A DNA stretch of 64,000 bases from Auanema rhodensis (lineage: Eukaryota > Animalia > Nematoda). Every line of letters starts with the position of its first letter. The first letter of the stretch is position 1. Below the pieces are notes generated by a model that saw nothing but the letters and a program-made list of their open reading frames with translations, was not told the DNA's origin and made no database searches. The stretch is from NCBI GenBank assembly GCA_964057225.1, contig OZ059898.1, positions 10,478,001-10,542,000 on the forward strand, read 5' to 3'. Made by a program: the position numbers and the translations under genes. Positions 12,647-28,080 of the stretch are shown here, one piece after another.

Positions 12647-12717
12647 TGCATCGGCCGGAAATCGAACCCGGGTCGCCCGCGTGGCAGGCGAGCATTCTAC
12701 CACTGAACCACCGATGC
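12647..12717 (-). tRNA. tRNA-Gly-GCC: tRNA-Gly (GCC) variant C61T (B-box)
   Basis: Plus strand CCGGAAATCG. Confidence 0.82.
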
Positions 12718-13278
12718 TTCGAAAATGCTAGATTGTTTCCGAAAAACTATGAAAAGTCAAGTTCTACTGATTTGAAGAGAATTGTAAGTTTTAGAAAATA
12801 ATTAAAAATTAGTTCTCTCTACTATTAACTAATTGTCGGCTAAAATATGGTAACAGTTTTTATGAAAAGTTTCCATGATTAGGATTAAACAAAAAAAAGA
12901 ATTAAAAAGAAACACTTCTTGTTTACTTACTTGATTATACTACTTGAAATACGAAAAAAAGTAAAAAACAATTGAGAAAGCGACATAAACAGTTGAACGA
13001 TTTGAAGAGAATTGTAAGTTTAAGAAAAGAATTAAAGTTTAGCTTTGTCTACTATTAACTGATTATCGGCTAAAATAAGGTAACAGTTTTTATTGAAAGT
13101 TTCCATGATTAAGATTAAATAAAGAAAAAAATCAAAGAGAAACACTTCTTGTTTACTAATTTGATTATAACACTTGAAATTTCAACAAAAGTAAAATAAA
13201 ACTGTGAAAGCGGGTAAAACTGTTGAACTAAAACAGTCTTTATAAAATATAAATGATATTTTTTTATAAAAGTGAAGT

Positions 13279-13349
13279 TGCATCGGCCGGAAATCGAACC
13301 CGGGTCGCCCGCGTGGCAGGCGAGCATTCTACCACTGAACCACCGATGC
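13279..13349 (-). tRNA. tRNA-Gly-GCC: tRNA-Gly (GCC) variant C61T
   Basis: Plus strand CCGGAAATCG. Confidence 0.82.
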
Positions 13350-13912
13350 TTCGAAAATGCTAGATTGTTTCCGAAAAACTATGAAAAGTCAAGTTCTACT
13401 GATTTGAAGAGAATTGTAAGTTTTAGAAAATAATTAAAAATGAGTTCTCTCTACTATTAACTAATTGTCGGCTAAAATATGGTAACAGTTTTTATGAAAA
13501 GTTTCCATGATTAGGATTAAACAAAAAAAAGAATTAAAAAGAAACACTTCTTGTTTACTTACTTGATTATACTACTTGAAATACGAAAAAAAGTAAAAAA
13601 CAATTGAGAAAGCGACATAAACAGTTGAACGATTTGAAGAGAATTGTAAGTTTTAGAAAAGAATTAAAGTTCAGCTATCTCTACTATTAACTGATTATCG
13701 GCTAAAATAAGGTAACAGTTTTTATTGAAAGTTTCCGTGATTAAGATTAAACAAAGTAGAAAAAATCAAAGAGAAACACTTCTTGTTTACTAATTTGATT
13801 ATAACACTTGAAATTTCAACAAAAGTAAAATAAAACTGTGAAAGCGGGTAAAACTGTTGAACTAAAACAGTCTTTATAAAATATAAATGATATTTTTTTA
13901 TAAAAGTGAAGT

Positions 13913-13983
13913 TGCATCGGCCGGAAATCGAACCCGGGTCGCCCGCGTGGCAGGCGAGCATTCTACCACTGAACCACCGATGC
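13913..13983 (-). tRNA. tRNA-Gly-GCC: tRNA-Gly (GCC) variant C61T
   Basis: Plus strand CCGGAAATCG. Confidence 0.82.
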
Positions 13984-15236
13984 TTCGAAAATGCTAGATT
14001 GTTTCCGAAAAACTATGAAAAGTCAAGTTCTACTGATTTGAAGAGAATTGTAAGTTTTAGAAAATAATTAAAAATTAGTTCTCTCTACTATTAACTAATT
14101 GTCGGCTAAAATATGGTAACAGTTTTTATGAAAAGTTTCCATGATTAGGATTAAACAAAAAAAAGAATTAAAAAGAAACACTTCTTGTTTACTTACTTGA
14201 TTATACTACTTGAAATACGAAAAAAAGTAAAAAACAATTGAGAAAGCGACATAAACAGTTGAACGATTTGAAGAGAATTGTAAGTTTAAGAAAAGAATTA
14301 AAGTTTAGCTTTGTCTACTATTAACTGATTATCGGCTAAAATAAGGTAACAGTTTTTATTGAAAGTTTCCATGATTAAGATTAAATAAAGAAAAAAATCA
14401 AAGAGAAACACTTCTTGTTTACTTATTTGATTATAATGCTTGAAGTTCCAAAAACAGTAGAATAAAATAGAGAAAGCGACGAAAAAAGTTGAACGATTTG
14501 AAGAGAATTGTAAGTTTTAGAAAAGAATTAAAGTTCACCTATCTCTACCATTGACTGATTATCGGCTAAAATAAGGTAACAGTTTTCATTAAAAGTTTCC
14601 ATGATTAGGATTAAACAAAAAAAAGAATTAAAAAGAAACACTTCTTGTTTACTTATTTGATTATAATACTTGAAATTCCAAAAACAGTAGAATAAAATAG
14701 AGAAAGCGACGAAAAAAGTTGAACAATTTGATGAGAATTGTAAGTTTTAGAAAAGAATTAAAGTTCAGCTATCTCTACTATTAACTGATTATCGGCTAAA
14801 ATAAGGTAACAGTTTTTATTAAAAGTTTTCATGATTAGGATTAAACAAAAAAAAGAATCAAAAAGAAACACTTCTTGTTTAATTACTTGATTATAATACT
14901 TGAAATTCAAAAAAAAAGTAAAAAACAATTGAGAAAGCAACATAAACAGTTGAACGATTTGAAGAGAATTGTAAGTTTTAGAATAGAATTAAAGTTCAGC
15001 TATCTCTACTTTTAACTGATTAACGGCTAAAATAAGGTAACAGTTTTTATTGAAAGTTTCCATGATTAAGATTAAACAAAGAAAAAAAATCAAAGAGAAA
15101 CACTTCTTGTTTACTAATTTGATTATAACACTTGAAATTTCAACAAAAGTAAAATAAAACTGTGAAAGCGGGTAAAACTGTTGAACTAAAACAGTCTTTA
15201 TAAAATATAAATGATATTTTTTTATAAAAGTAAAGT

Positions 15237-15307
15237 TGCATCGGCCGGGAATCGAACCCGGGTCGCCCGCGTGGCAGGCGAGCATTCTACCACTGAACCA
15301 CCGATGC
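15237..15307 (-). tRNA. tRNA-Gly-GCC: tRNA-Gly (GCC), consensus
   Basis: Identical to consensus. Confidence 0.95.
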
Positions 15308-18300
15308 TTCGAAAATGCTAGATTGTTTCCGAAAAACTATGAAAAGTCAAGTTCTACTGATTTGAAGAGAATTGTAAGTTTTAGAAAATAATTAAAAATT
15401 AGTTCTCTCTACTATTAACTGATTGTCGGCTAAAATATGGTAACAGTTTTTATGAAAAGTTTCCATGATTAGGATTAAACAAAAAAAAGAATTAAAAAGA
15501 AACACTTCTTGTTTACTTACTTGATTATACTACTTGAAATACGAAAAAAAGTAAAAAACAATTGAGAAAGCGACATAAACAGTTGAACGATTTGAAGAGA
15601 ATTGTAAGTTTAAGAAAAGAATTAAAGTTTAGCTTTGTCTACTATTAACTGATTATCGGCTAAAATAAGGTAACAGTTTTTATTGAAAGTTTCCATGATT
15701 AAGATTAAATAAAGAAAAAAATCAAAGAGAAACACTTCTTGTTTACTTATTTGATTATAATGCTTGAAGTTCCAAAAACAGTAAAATAAAATAGAGAAAG
15801 CGACGAAAAAAGTTGAACGATTTGAAGAGAATTGTAAGTTTTAGAAAAGAATTAAAGTTCACCTATCTCTACCATTGACTGATTATCGGCTAAAATAAGG
15901 TAACAGTTTTCATTAAAAGTTTTCATGATTAGGATTAAAAAAAAAAGTATCAAAAAGAAACACTTCTTGTTTACTTATTTGATTATAATACTTGAAATTA
16001 AAAAACAGTAGAATAAAATAGAGAAAGCGACGAAAAAAGTTGAACAATTTGATGAGAATTGTAAGTTTTAGAAAAGAATTAAAGTTCAGCTATCTCTACT
16101 ATTAACTGATTATCGGCTAAAATAAGGTAACAGTTTTTATTAAAAGTTTTCATGATTAGGATTAAACAAAAAAAAGAATCAAAAAGAAACACTTCTTGTT
16201 TAATTACTTGATTATAATACTTGAAATTCAAAAAAAAAGTAAAAAACAATTGAGAAAGCAACATAAACAGTTGAACGATTTGAAGAGAATTGTAAGTTTT
16301 AGAAAAGAATTAAAGTTCAGCTATCTCTACTTTTAACTGATTAACGGTTAAAATAAGGTAACAGTTTTTATTGAAAGTTTCCATGATTAGGATTAAACAA
16401 AAAAAAGAATCAAAAAGAAACACTTCTTGTTTACTTACTTGATTATAATACTTGAAATTCGAAAAAAAGTAAAGTAAAACTGTTAAAGCGAGTAAAACTG
16501 TTAAACGATTTGAAGACAATTGTAAGTTTTAGAAAAGAATTAAAGTTCAGCTATCTCTACTATTAACTGATTATCGGCTAAAATAAGGTAACAGTTTTTA
16601 TTAAAAGTTTCCATGATTAGGATTAAAAAAAAAAAGAATCAAAAAGAAACACTTCTTGTTTACTTATTTGATTATAATACTTGAAATTCCAAAAACAGTA
16701 GAATAAAATAGAGAAAGCGACGAAAAAAGTTGAACAATTTGATGAGAATTGTAAGTTTTAGAAAAGAATTAAAGTTCAGCTATCTCTACTATTAACTGAT
16801 TATCGGCTAAAATAAGGTAACAGTTTTTATTAAAAGTTTTCATGATTAGGATTAAACAAAAAAAAGAATCAAAAAGAAACACTTCTTGTTTACTTACTTG
16901 ATTATAATACTTGAAATTCGAAAAAAAGTAAAGTAAAACTGTTAAAGCGAGTAAAACTGTTGAACGATTTGAAGACAATTGTAAGTTTTAGAAAAGAATT
17001 AAAGTTCAGCTATCTCTACTATTAACTGATTATCGGCTAAAATAAGGTAACAGTTTTTATTAAAAGTTTTCATGATTAGGATTAAACAAAAAAAAGAATC
17101 AAAAAGAAACACTTCTTGTTTTTTTATTTGATTATAATACTTGAAATTCCAAAAACAGTAGAATAAAATAGAGAAAGCGACGAAAAAAGTTGAACAATTT
17201 GATGAGAATTGTAAGTTTTAGAAAAGAATTAAAGTTCAGCTATCTCTACTATTAACTGATTATCGGCTAAAATAAGGTAACAGTTTTTATTGAAAGTTTC
17301 CGTGATTAAGATTAAACAAAGTAGAAAAAATCAAAGAGAAACACTTCTTGTTTACTTATTTGATTATAACACTTGAAATTCCAACAAAAGTAAAGTAAAA
17401 CTGTTAAAGCGAGTAAAACTGTTGAACGATTTGAAGACAATTGTAAGTTGAAGAAAAAAATTAAAGTTCAGCTCTCTCTACTATTAACTGATTGTCGGCT
17501 AAAATATGGTAACAGTTCTTATAAAAAGTTTCCATGATTAGGATTAAACAAAAAAAAGAATTAAAAAGAAACACTTCTTGTTTACTTACTTGATTATACT
17601 ACTTGAAATACGAAAAAAAGTAAAAAACAATTGAGAAAGCGACATAAACAGTTGAACGATTTGAAGAGAATTGTAAGTTTAAGAAAAGAATTAAAGTTTA
17701 GCTTTGTCTACTATTAACTGATTATCGGCTAGAATAAGGTAACAGTTTTTATTGAAAGTTTCCATGATTAAGATTAAACAAAGAAAAAAAATCAAAGAGA
17801 AACACTTCTTGTTTACTTATTTGATTATAATACTTAAAATTCCAAAAACAGTAGAATAAAATAGAGAAAGCGACCAAAAAAGTTGAACGATTTGAAGAGA
17901 ATTGTAAGTTTTAGAAAAGAATTAAAGTTCAGCTATCTCTACTATTAACTGATTATCGGCTAAAATAAGGTAACAGTTTTTATTAAAAGTTTTCATGATT
18001 AGGATTAAACAAAAAAAAGAATCAAAAAGAAACACTTCTTGTTTAATTACTTGATTATAATACTTGAAATTCAAAAAAAAAGTAAAAAACAATTGAGAAA
18101 GCAACATAAACAGTTGAACGATTTGAAGAGAATTGTAAGTTTTAGAATAGAATTAAAGTTCAGCTATCTCTACTTTTAACTGATTAACGGCTAAAATAAG
18201 GTAACAGTTTTTATTGAAAGTTTCCATGATTAAGATTAAACAAAGAAAAAAAATCAAAGAGAAACACTTCTTGTTTACTAATTTGATTATAACACTTGAA

Positions 18301-18400
18301 ATTTCAACAAAAGTAAAATAAAACTGTGAAAGCGGGTAAAACTGTTGAACTAAAACAGTCTTTATAAAATATAAATGATATTTTTTTATAAAAGTAAAGT

Positions 18401-18471
18401 TGCATCGGCCGGGAATCGAACCCGGGTCGCCCGCGTGGCAGGCGAGCATTCTACCACTGAACCACCGATGC
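18401..18471 (-). tRNA. tRNA-Gly-GCC: tRNA-Gly (GCC), consensus
   Basis: Identical to consensus. Confidence 0.95.
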
Positions 18472-20309
18472 TTCGAAAATGCTAGATTGTTTCCGAAAAA
18501 CTATGAAAAGTCAAGTTCTACTGATTTGAAGAGAATTGTAAGTTTTAGAAAATAATTAAAAATTAGTTCTCTCTACTATTAACTGATTGTCGGCTAAAAT
18601 ATGGTAACAGTTTTTATGAAAAGTTTCCATGATTAGGATTAAACAAAAAAAAGAATTAAAAAGAAACACTTCTTGTTTACTTACTTGATTATACTACTTG
18701 AAATACGAAAAAAAGTAAAAAACAATTGAGAAAGCGACATAAACAGTTGAACGATTTGAAGAGAATTGTAAGTTTAAGAAAAGAATTAAAGTTTAGCTTT
18801 GTCTACTATTAACTGATTATCGGCTAAAATAAGGTAACAGTTTTTATTGAAAGTTTCCATGATTAAGATTAAATAAAGAAAAAAATCAAAGAGAAACACT
18901 TCTTGTTTACTTATTTGATTATAATGCTTGAAGTTCCAAAAACAGTAAAATAAAATAGAGAAAGCGACGAAAAAAGTTGAACGATTTGAAGAGAATTGTA
19001 AGTTTTAGAAAAGAATTAAAGTTCACCTATCTCTACCATTGACTGATTATCGGCTAAAATAAGGTAACAGTTTTCATTAAAAGTTTTCATGATTAGGATT
19101 AAAAAAAAAAGTATCAAAAAGAAACACTTCTTGTTTACTTATTTGATTATAATACTTGAAATTAAAAAACAGTAGAATAAAATAGAGAAAGCGACGAAAA
19201 AAGTTGAACAATTTGATGAGAATTGTAAGTTTTAGAAAAGAATTAAAGTTCAGCTATCTCTACTATTAACTGATTATCGGCTAAAATAAGGTAACAGTTT
19301 TTATTAAAAGTTTTCATGATTAGGATTAAACAAAAAAAAGAATCAAAAAGAAACACTTCTTGTTTAATTACTTGATTATAATACTTGAAATTCAAAAAAA
19401 AAGTAAAAAACAATTGAGAAAGCAACATAAACAGTTGAACGATTTGAAGAGAATTGTAAGTTTTAGAAAAGAATTAAAGTTCAGCTATCTCTACTTTTAA
19501 CTGATTAACGGTTAAAATAAGGTAACAGTTTTTATTGAAAGTTTCCATGATTAGGATTAAACAAAAAAAAGAATCAAAAAGAAACACTTCTTGTTTACTT
19601 ACTTGATTATAATACTTGAAATTCGAAAAAAAGTAAAGTAAAACTGTTAAAGCGAGTAAAACTGTTGAACGATTTGAAGACAATTGTAAGTTTTAGAAAA
19701 GAATTAAAGTTCAGCTATCTCTACTATTAACTGATTATCGGCTAAAATAAGGTAACAGTTTTTATTAAAAGTTTCCATGATTAGGATTAAAAAAAAAAAG
19801 AATCAAAAAGAAACACTTCTTGTTTACTTATTTGATTATAATACTTGAAATTCCAAAAACAGTAGAATAAAATAGAGAAAGCGACGAAAAAAGTTGAACA
19901 ATTTGATGAGAATTGTAAGTTTTAGAAAAGAATTAAAGTTCAGCTATCTCTACTATTAACTGATTATCGGCTAAAATAAGGTAACAGTTTTTATTAAAAG
20001 TTTTCATGATTAGGATTAAACAAAAAAAAGAATCAAAAAGAAACACTTCTTGTTTACTTACTTGATTATAATACTTGAAATTCGAAAAAAAGTAAAGTAA
20101 AACTGTTAAAGCGAGTAAAACTGTTGAACGATTTGAAGACAATTGTAAGTTTTAGAAAAGAATTAAAGTTCAGCTATCTCTACTATTAACTGATTATCGG
20201 CTAAAATAAGGTAACAGTTTTTATTAAAAGTTTTCATGATTAGGATTAAACAAAAAAAAGAATCAAAAAGAAACACTTCTTGTTTTTTTATTTGATTATA
20301 ATACTTGAA

Positions 20310-22620
20310 ATTCCAAAAACAGTAGAATAAAATAGAGAAAGCGACGAAAAAAGTTGAACAATTTGATGAGAATTGTAAGTTTTAGAAAAGAATTAAAGTT
20401 CAGCTATCTCTACTATTAACTGATTATCGGCTAAAATAAGGTAACAGTTTTTATTGAAAGTTTCCGTGATTAAGATTAAACAAAGTAGAAAAAATCAAAG
20501 AGAAACACTTCTTGTTTACTTATTTGATTATAACACTTGAAATTCCAACAAAAGTAAAGTAAAACTGTTAAAGCGAGTAAAACTGTTGAACGATTTGAAG
20601 ACAATTGTAAGTTGAAGAAAAAAATTAAAGTTCAGCTCTCTCTACTATTAACTGATTGTCGGCTAAAATATGGTAACAGTTCTTATAAAAAGTTTCCATG
20701 ATTAGGATTAAACAAAAAAAAGAATTAAAAAGAAACACTTCTTGTTTACTTACTTGATTATACTACTTGAAATACGAAAAAAAGTAAAAAACAATTGAGA
20801 AAGCGACATAAACAGTTGAACGATTTGAAGAGAATTGTAAGTTTAAGAAAAGAATTAAAGTTTAGCTTTGTCTACTATTAACTGATTATCGGCTAGAATA
20901 AGGTAACAGTTTTTATTGAAAGTTTCCATGATTAAGATTAAACAAAGAAAAAAAATCAAAGAGAAACACTTCTTGTTTACTTATTTGATTATAATACTTA
21001 AAATTCCAAAAACAGTAGAATAAAATAGAGAAAGCGACCAAAAAAGTTGAACGATTTGAAGAGAATTGTAAGTTTTAGAAAAGAATTAAAGTTCAGCTAT
21101 CTCTACTATTAACTGATTATCGGCTAAAATAAGGTAACAGTTTTTATAAAAAGGTTCCATGATTAGGATTAAACAAAAAAAAGAATCAAAAAGAAACACT
21201 TCTTGTTTACTTACTTGATTATAATACTTGAAATTCAAAAAAAAAGTAAAAAACAATTGAGAAAGCAACATAAACAGTTGAACGATTTGAAGAGAATTGT
21301 AAGTTTTAGGAAAGAATTAAAGTTCAGCTATCTCTACTTTTAACTGATTAACGGCTAAAATAAGGTAACAGTTTTTATTGAAAGTTTCCGTGATTAAGAT
21401 TAAACAAAGAAAAAAAATCAAAGAGAAACACTTCTTGTTTACTAATTTGATTATAATGCTTGAAATTCCAAAAACAGTAGAATAAAATAGAGAAAGCGAC
21501 GAAAAAAGTTGAACAATTTGATGAGAATTGTAAGTTTTAGAAAAGAATTAAAGTTCAGCTATCTCTACTATTAACTGATTATCGGCTAAAATAAGGTAAC
21601 AGTTTTTATTGAAAGTTTCCGTGATTAAGATTAAACAAAGTAGAAAAAATCAAAGAGAAACACTTCTTGTTTACTTATTTGATTATAACACTTGAAATTC
21701 CAACAAAAGTAAAGTAAAACTGTTAAAGCGAGTAAAACTGTTGAACGATTTGAAGACAATTGTAAGTTGAAGAAAAAAATTAAAGTTCAGCTCTCTCTAC
21801 TATTAACTGATTGTCGGCTAAAATATGGTAACAGTTCTTATAAAAAGTTTCCATGATTAGGATTAAACAAAAAAAAGAATTAAAAAGAAACACTTCTTGT
21901 TTACTTACTTGATTATACTACTTGAAATACGAAAAAAAGTAAAAAACAATTGAGAAAGCGACATAAACAGTTGAACGATTTGAAGAGAATTGTAAGTTTA
22001 AGAAAAGAATTAAAGTTTAGCTTTGTCTACTATTAACTGATTATCGGCTAGAATAAGGTAACAGTTTTTATTGAAAGTTTCCATGATTAAGATTAAACAA
22101 AGAAAAAAAATCAAAGAGAAACACTTCTTGTTTACTTATTTGATTATAATACTTAAAATTCCAAAAACAGTAGAATAAAATAGAGAAAGCGACCAAAAAA
22201 GTTGAACGATTTGAAGAGAATTGTAAGTTTTAGAAAAGAATTAAAGTTCAGCTATCTCTACTATTAACTGATTATCGGCTAAAATAAAGTAACAGTTTTT
22301 ATAAAAAGGTTCCGTGATTAGGATTAAACAAAAAAAAGAATCAAAAAGAAACACTTCTTGTTTACTTACTTGATTATAATACTTGAAATTCAAAAAAAAA
22401 GTAAAAAACAATTGAGAAAGCAACATAAACAGTTGAACGATTTGAAGAGAATTGTAAGTTTTAGAAAAGAATTAAAGTTCAGCTATCTCTACTTTTAACT
22501 GATTAACGGCTAAAATAAGGTAACAGTTTTTATTGAAAGTTTCCGTGATTAAGATTAAACAAAGAAAAAAAATCAAAGAGAAACACTTCTTGTTTACTAA
22601 TTTGATTATAATGCTTGAAA
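20310..22620. repeat. Tandem duplication, period 1155 bp (5 monomers, tRNA-free)
   Basis: ORFs 21086/22241 and the marker GTGATTAAGATTAAACAAAGTAG at 20466/21621; boundaries approximate. Confidence 0.75.
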
Positions 22621-25600
22621 TTCCAAAAACAGTAGAATAAAATAGAGAAAGCGATGAAAAAAATTGAACGATTTGAAGAGAATTGTAAGTTTTAAAAAAG
22701 AAATAAAGTTCAGCTATCTCTACCATTGACTGATTATCGGCTAAAATAAGGTAACAGTTTTTATTGAAAGTTTCCATAATTAAGATTAAACAAAGAAAAA
22801 AAATCGAAGAGAAACACTTCTTGTTTACTTATTTGATTATAATACTTGAAATTCTAAAAACAGTAGAATAAAATTGAGAAAGCGACAAAAACAGTTGAAC
22901 GATTTGAAGAGAATTGTAAGTATTAGAAAAAAATTAAAGTTTAGCTCTCTCTACTATTTAATGATTGTCGGCTAAAATATGGTAACAGTTTTTATTAAAA
23001 GTTTCCATGATTAAGATTAAACAAAGAAAAACAATCAAAGAGAAACACATCTTGTTTTCTAATTCGATTATAACAGTTGAAATTCCAACAAAAGTAAAGT
23101 AAAACTATTCAAGCGAGTAAGACTGTTGAACGATTTGAAGAGAATTGTAAGTATTAGAAAAAAATTAAAGTTTAGCTCTCTCTACTATTTAATGATTGTC
23201 GGCTAAAATATGGTAACAGTTTTTATTAAAAGTTTCCATGACTAAGATTAAACAAAGAAAAGAATCAAAGAGAAACACTTCTTGTTTACTTACTTGATTA
23301 TAATACTTGAAATTCGAAAAAAAGTAAAAAACAATTGAGAATGCGACATAAACAGTTGAACGATTTGAAGAGAATTGTAAGTTTTAGAAAAGAATTAAAG
23401 TTCAGCTATCTCTACTTTTAACTGATTAACGGCTAAAATAAGGTAACAGTTTTTATTGAAAGTTTCCATGATTAAGATTAAACAAAGAAAAAAAATCAAA
23501 GAGAAACACTTCTTGTTTACTTATTTGATTATAATACTTAAAATTCCAAAAACAGTAGAATAAAATAGAGAAAGCGACCAAAAAAGTTGAACGATTTGAA
23601 GAGAATTGTAAGTTTTAGAAAAGAATTAAAGTTCAGCTATCTCTACTATTAACTGATTATCGGCTAAAATAAGGTAACAGTTTTTATAAAAAGGTTCCAC
23701 GATTAGGATTAAACAAAAAAAAGAATCAAAAAGAAACACTTCTTGTTTACTTACTTGATTATAATACTTGAAATTCAAAAAAAAAGTAAAAAACAATTGA
23801 GAAAGCAACATAAACAGTTGAACGATTTGAAGAGAATTGTAAGTTTTAGGAAAGAATTAAAGTTCAGCTATCTCTACTTTTAACTGATTAACGGCTAAAA
23901 TAAGGTAACAGTTTTTATTGAAAGTTTCCGTGATTAAGATTAAACAAAGAAAAAAAATCAAAGAGAAACACTTCTTGTTTACTAATTTGATTATAACACT
24001 TGAAATTCCAAAAACAGTAGAATAAAATAGAGAAAGCGACGAAAAAAGTTGAACAATTTGATGAGAATTGTAAGTTTTAGAAAAGAATTAAAGTTCAGCT
24101 ATCTCTACTATTAACTGATTATCGGCTAAAATAAGGTAACAGTTTTTATTGAAAGTTTCCGTGATTAAGATTAAACAAAGTAGAAAAAATCAAAGAGAAA
24201 CACTTCTTGTTTACTTATTTGATTATAACACTTGAAATTCCAACAAAAGTAAAGTAAAACTGTTAAAGCGAGTAAAACTGTTGAACGATTTGAAGACAAT
24301 TGTAAGTTGAAGAAAAAAATTAAAGTTCAGCTATCTCTACTTTTAACTGATTAACGGCTAAAATAAGGTAACAGTTTTTATTGAAAGTTTCCGTGATTAA
24401 GATTAAACAAAGAAAAAAAATCAAAGAGAAACACTTCTTGTTTACTAATTTGATTATAATGCTTGAAATTCCAAAAACAGTAGAATAAAATAGAGAAAGC
24501 GATGAAAAAAATTGAACGATTTGAAGAGAATTGTAAGTTTTAGGAAAGAATTAAAGTTCAGCTATCTCTACTTTTAACTGATTAACGGCTAAAATAAGGT
24601 AACAGTTTTTATTGAAAGTTTCCGTGATTAAGATTAAACAAAGAAAAAAAATCAAAGAGAAACACTTCTTGTTTACTAATTTGATTATAACACTTGAAAT
24701 TCCAAAAACAGTAGAATAAAATAGAGAAAGCGACGAAAAAAGTTGAACGATTTGAAGAGAATTGTAAGTTTTAGAAAAGAATTAAAGTTCAGCTATCTCT
24801 ACTTTTAACTGATTAACGGCTAAAATAAGGTAACAGTTTTTATTGAAAGTTTCCGTGATTAAGATTAAACAAAGAAAAAAAATCAAAGAGAAACACTTCT
24901 TGTTTACTAATTTGATTATAATGCTTGAAATTCCAAAAACAGTAGAATAAAATAGAGAAAGCGATGAAAAAAATTGAACGATTTGAAGAGAATTGTAAGT
25001 TTTAAAAAAGAAATAAAGTTCAGCTATCTCTACCATTGACTGATTATCGGCTAAAATAAGGTAACAGTTTTTATTGAAAGTTTCCATAATTAAGATTAAA
25101 CAAAGAAAAAAAATCGAAGAGAAACACTTCTTGTTTACTTATTTGATTATAATACTTGAAATTCTAAAAACAGTAGAATAAAATTGAGAAAGCGACAAAA
25201 ACAGTTGAACGATTTGAAGAGAATTGTAAGTATTAGAAAAAAATTAAAGTTTAGCTCTCTCTACTATTTAATGATTGTCGGCTAAAATATGGTAACAGTT
25301 TTTATTAAAAGTTTCCATGATTAAGATTAAACAAAGAAAAATAATCAAAGAGAAACACATCTTGTTTTCTAATTCGATTATAACAGTTGAAATTCCAACA
25401 AAAGTAAAGTAAAACTATTCAAGCGAGTAAGACTGTTGAACGATTTGAAGAGAATTGTAAGTATTAGAAAAAAATTAAAGTTTAGCTCTCTCTACTATTT
25501 AATGATTGTCGGCTAAAATATGGTAACAGTTTTTATTAAAAGTTTCCATGACTAAGATTAAACAAAGAAAAGAATCAAAGAGAAACACTTCTTGTTTACT

Positions 25601-28080
25601 TACTTGATTATAATACTTGAAATTCGAAAAAAAGTAAAAAACAATTGAGAATGCGACATAAACAGTTGAACGATTTGAAGAGAATTGTAAGTTTTAGAAA
25701 AGAAATAAAGTTCAGCTATCTCTACCATTGACTGATTATCGGCTAAAATAAGGTAACAGTTTTTATTGAAAGTTTCCATGATTAAGATTAAACAAAGAAA
25801 AAAAATCAAAGAGAAACACTTCTTGTTTACTTATTTGATTATAATACTTAAAATTCCAAAAACAGTAGAATAAAATAGAGAAAGCGACCAAAAAAGTTGA
25901 ACGATTTGAAGAGAATTGTAAGTTTTAGAAAAGAATTAAAGTTCAGCTATCTCTACTATTAACTGATTATCGGCTAAAATAAGGTAACAGTTTTTATAAA
26001 AAGGTTCCACGATTAGGATTAAACAAAAAAAAGAATCAAAAAGAAACACTTCTTGTTTACTTACTTGATTATAATACTTGAAATTCAAAAAAAAAGTAAA
26101 AAACAATTGAGAAAGCAACATAAACAGTTGAACGATTTGAAGAGAATTGTAAGTTTTAGGAAAGAATTAAAGTTCAGCTATCTCTACTTTTAACTGATTA
26201 ACGGCTAAAATAAGGTAACAGTTTTTATTGAAAGTTTCCGTGATTAAGATTAAACAAAGAAAAAAAATCAAAGAGAAACACTTCTTGTTTACTAATTTGA
26301 TTATAACACTTGAAATTCCAAAAACAGTAGAATAAAATAGAGAAAGCGACGAAAAAAGTTGAACAATTTGATGAGAATTGTAAGTTTTAGAAAAGAATTA
26401 AAGTTCAGCTATCTCTACTATTAACTGATTATCGGCTGAAATAAGGTAACAGTTTTTATTGAAAGTTTCCGTGATTAAGATTAAACAAAGTAGAAAAAAT
26501 CAAAGAGAAACACTTCTTGTTTACTTATTTGATTATAACACTTGAAATTCCAACAAAAGTAAAGTAAAACTGTTAAAGCGAGTAAAACTGTTGAACGATT
26601 TGAAGACAATTGTAAGTTGAAGAAAAAAATTAAAGTTCAGCTATCTCTACTTTTAACTGATTAACGGCTAAAATAAGGTAACAGTTTTTATTGAAAGTTT
26701 CCGTGATTAAGATTAAACAAAGAAAAAAAATCAAAGAGAAACACTTCTTGTTTACTAATTTGATTATAATGCTTGAAATTCCAAAAACAGTAGAATAAAA
26801 TAGAGAAAGCGATGAAAAAAATTGAACGATTTGAAGAGAATTGTAAGTTTTAGGAAAGAATTAAAGTTCAGCTATCTCTACTTTTAACTGATTAACGGCT
26901 AAAATAAGGTAACAGTTTTTATTGAAAGTTTCCGTGATTAAGATTAAACAAAGAAAAAAAATCAAAGAGAAACACTTCTTGTTTACTAATTTGATTATAA
27001 CACTTGAAATTCCAAAAACAGTAGAATAAAATAGAGAAAGCGACGAAAAAAGTTGAACGATTTGAAGAGAATTGTAAGTTTTAGAAAAGAATTAAAGTTC
27101 AGCTATCTCTACTTTTAACTGATTAACGGCTAAAATAAGGTAACAGTTTTTATTGAAAGTTTCCGTGATTAAGATTAAACAAAGAAAAAAAATCAAAGAG
27201 AAACACTTCTTGTTTACTAATTTGATTATAATGCTTGAAATTCCAAAAACAGTAGAATAAAATAGAGAAAGCGATGAAAAAAATTGAACGATTTGAAGAG
27301 AATTGTAAGTTTTAAAAAAGAAATAAAGTTCAGCTATCTCTACCATTGACTGATTATCGGCTAAAATAAGGTAACAGTTTTTATTGAAAGTTTCCATAAT
27401 TAAGATTAAACAAAGAAAAAAAATCGAAGAGAAACACTTCTTGTTTACTTATTTGATTATAATACTTGAAATTCTAAAAACAGTAGAATAAAATTGAGAA
27501 AGCGACAAAAACAGTTGAACGATTTGAAGAGAATTGTAAGTATTAGAAAAAAATTAAAGTTTAGCTCTCTCTACTATTTAATGATTGTCGGCTAAAATAT
27601 GGTAACAGTTTTTATTAAAAGTTTCCATGATTAAGATTAAACAAAGAAAAATAATCAAAGAGAAACACATCTTGTTTTCTAATTCGATTATAACAGTTGA
27701 AATTCCAACAAAAGTAAAGTAAAACTATTCAAGCGAGTAAGACTGTTGAACGATTTGAAGAGAATTGTAAGTATTAGAAAAAAATTAAAGTTTAGCTCTC
27801 TCTACTATTTAATGATTGTCGGCTAAAATATGGTAACAGTTTTTATTAAAAGTTTCCATGACTAAGATTAAACAAAGAAAAGAATCAAAGAGAAACACTT
27901 CTTGTTTACTTACTTGATTATAATACTTGAAATTCGAAAAAAAGTAAAAAACAATTGAGAATGCGACATAAACAGTTGAACGATTTGAAGAGAATTGTAA
28001 GTTTTAGAAAAGAATTAAAGTTCAGCTATCTCTACTTTTAACTGATTAACGGCTAAAATAAGGTAACAGTTTTTATTGAA
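22430..28080. repeat. tRNA-free 10-mer higher-order repeat, period 2310 bp, ~2.4 copies
   Basis: ORFs 22472/24782/27092; markers AAATCGAAGA at 22801/25111/27421 and AATTCGATTATAACAG at 23061/25371/27681. Confidence 0.9.

Larger units (their letters stand above)
14740..21145. repeat. Tandem higher-order duplication, period 3164 bp (13 monomers + 1 cassette)
   Basis: ORFs 14758/17922, 14989/18153, 16079/19243, 16310/19474, 16769/19933 all offset by 3164; boundaries approximate. Confidence 0.9.
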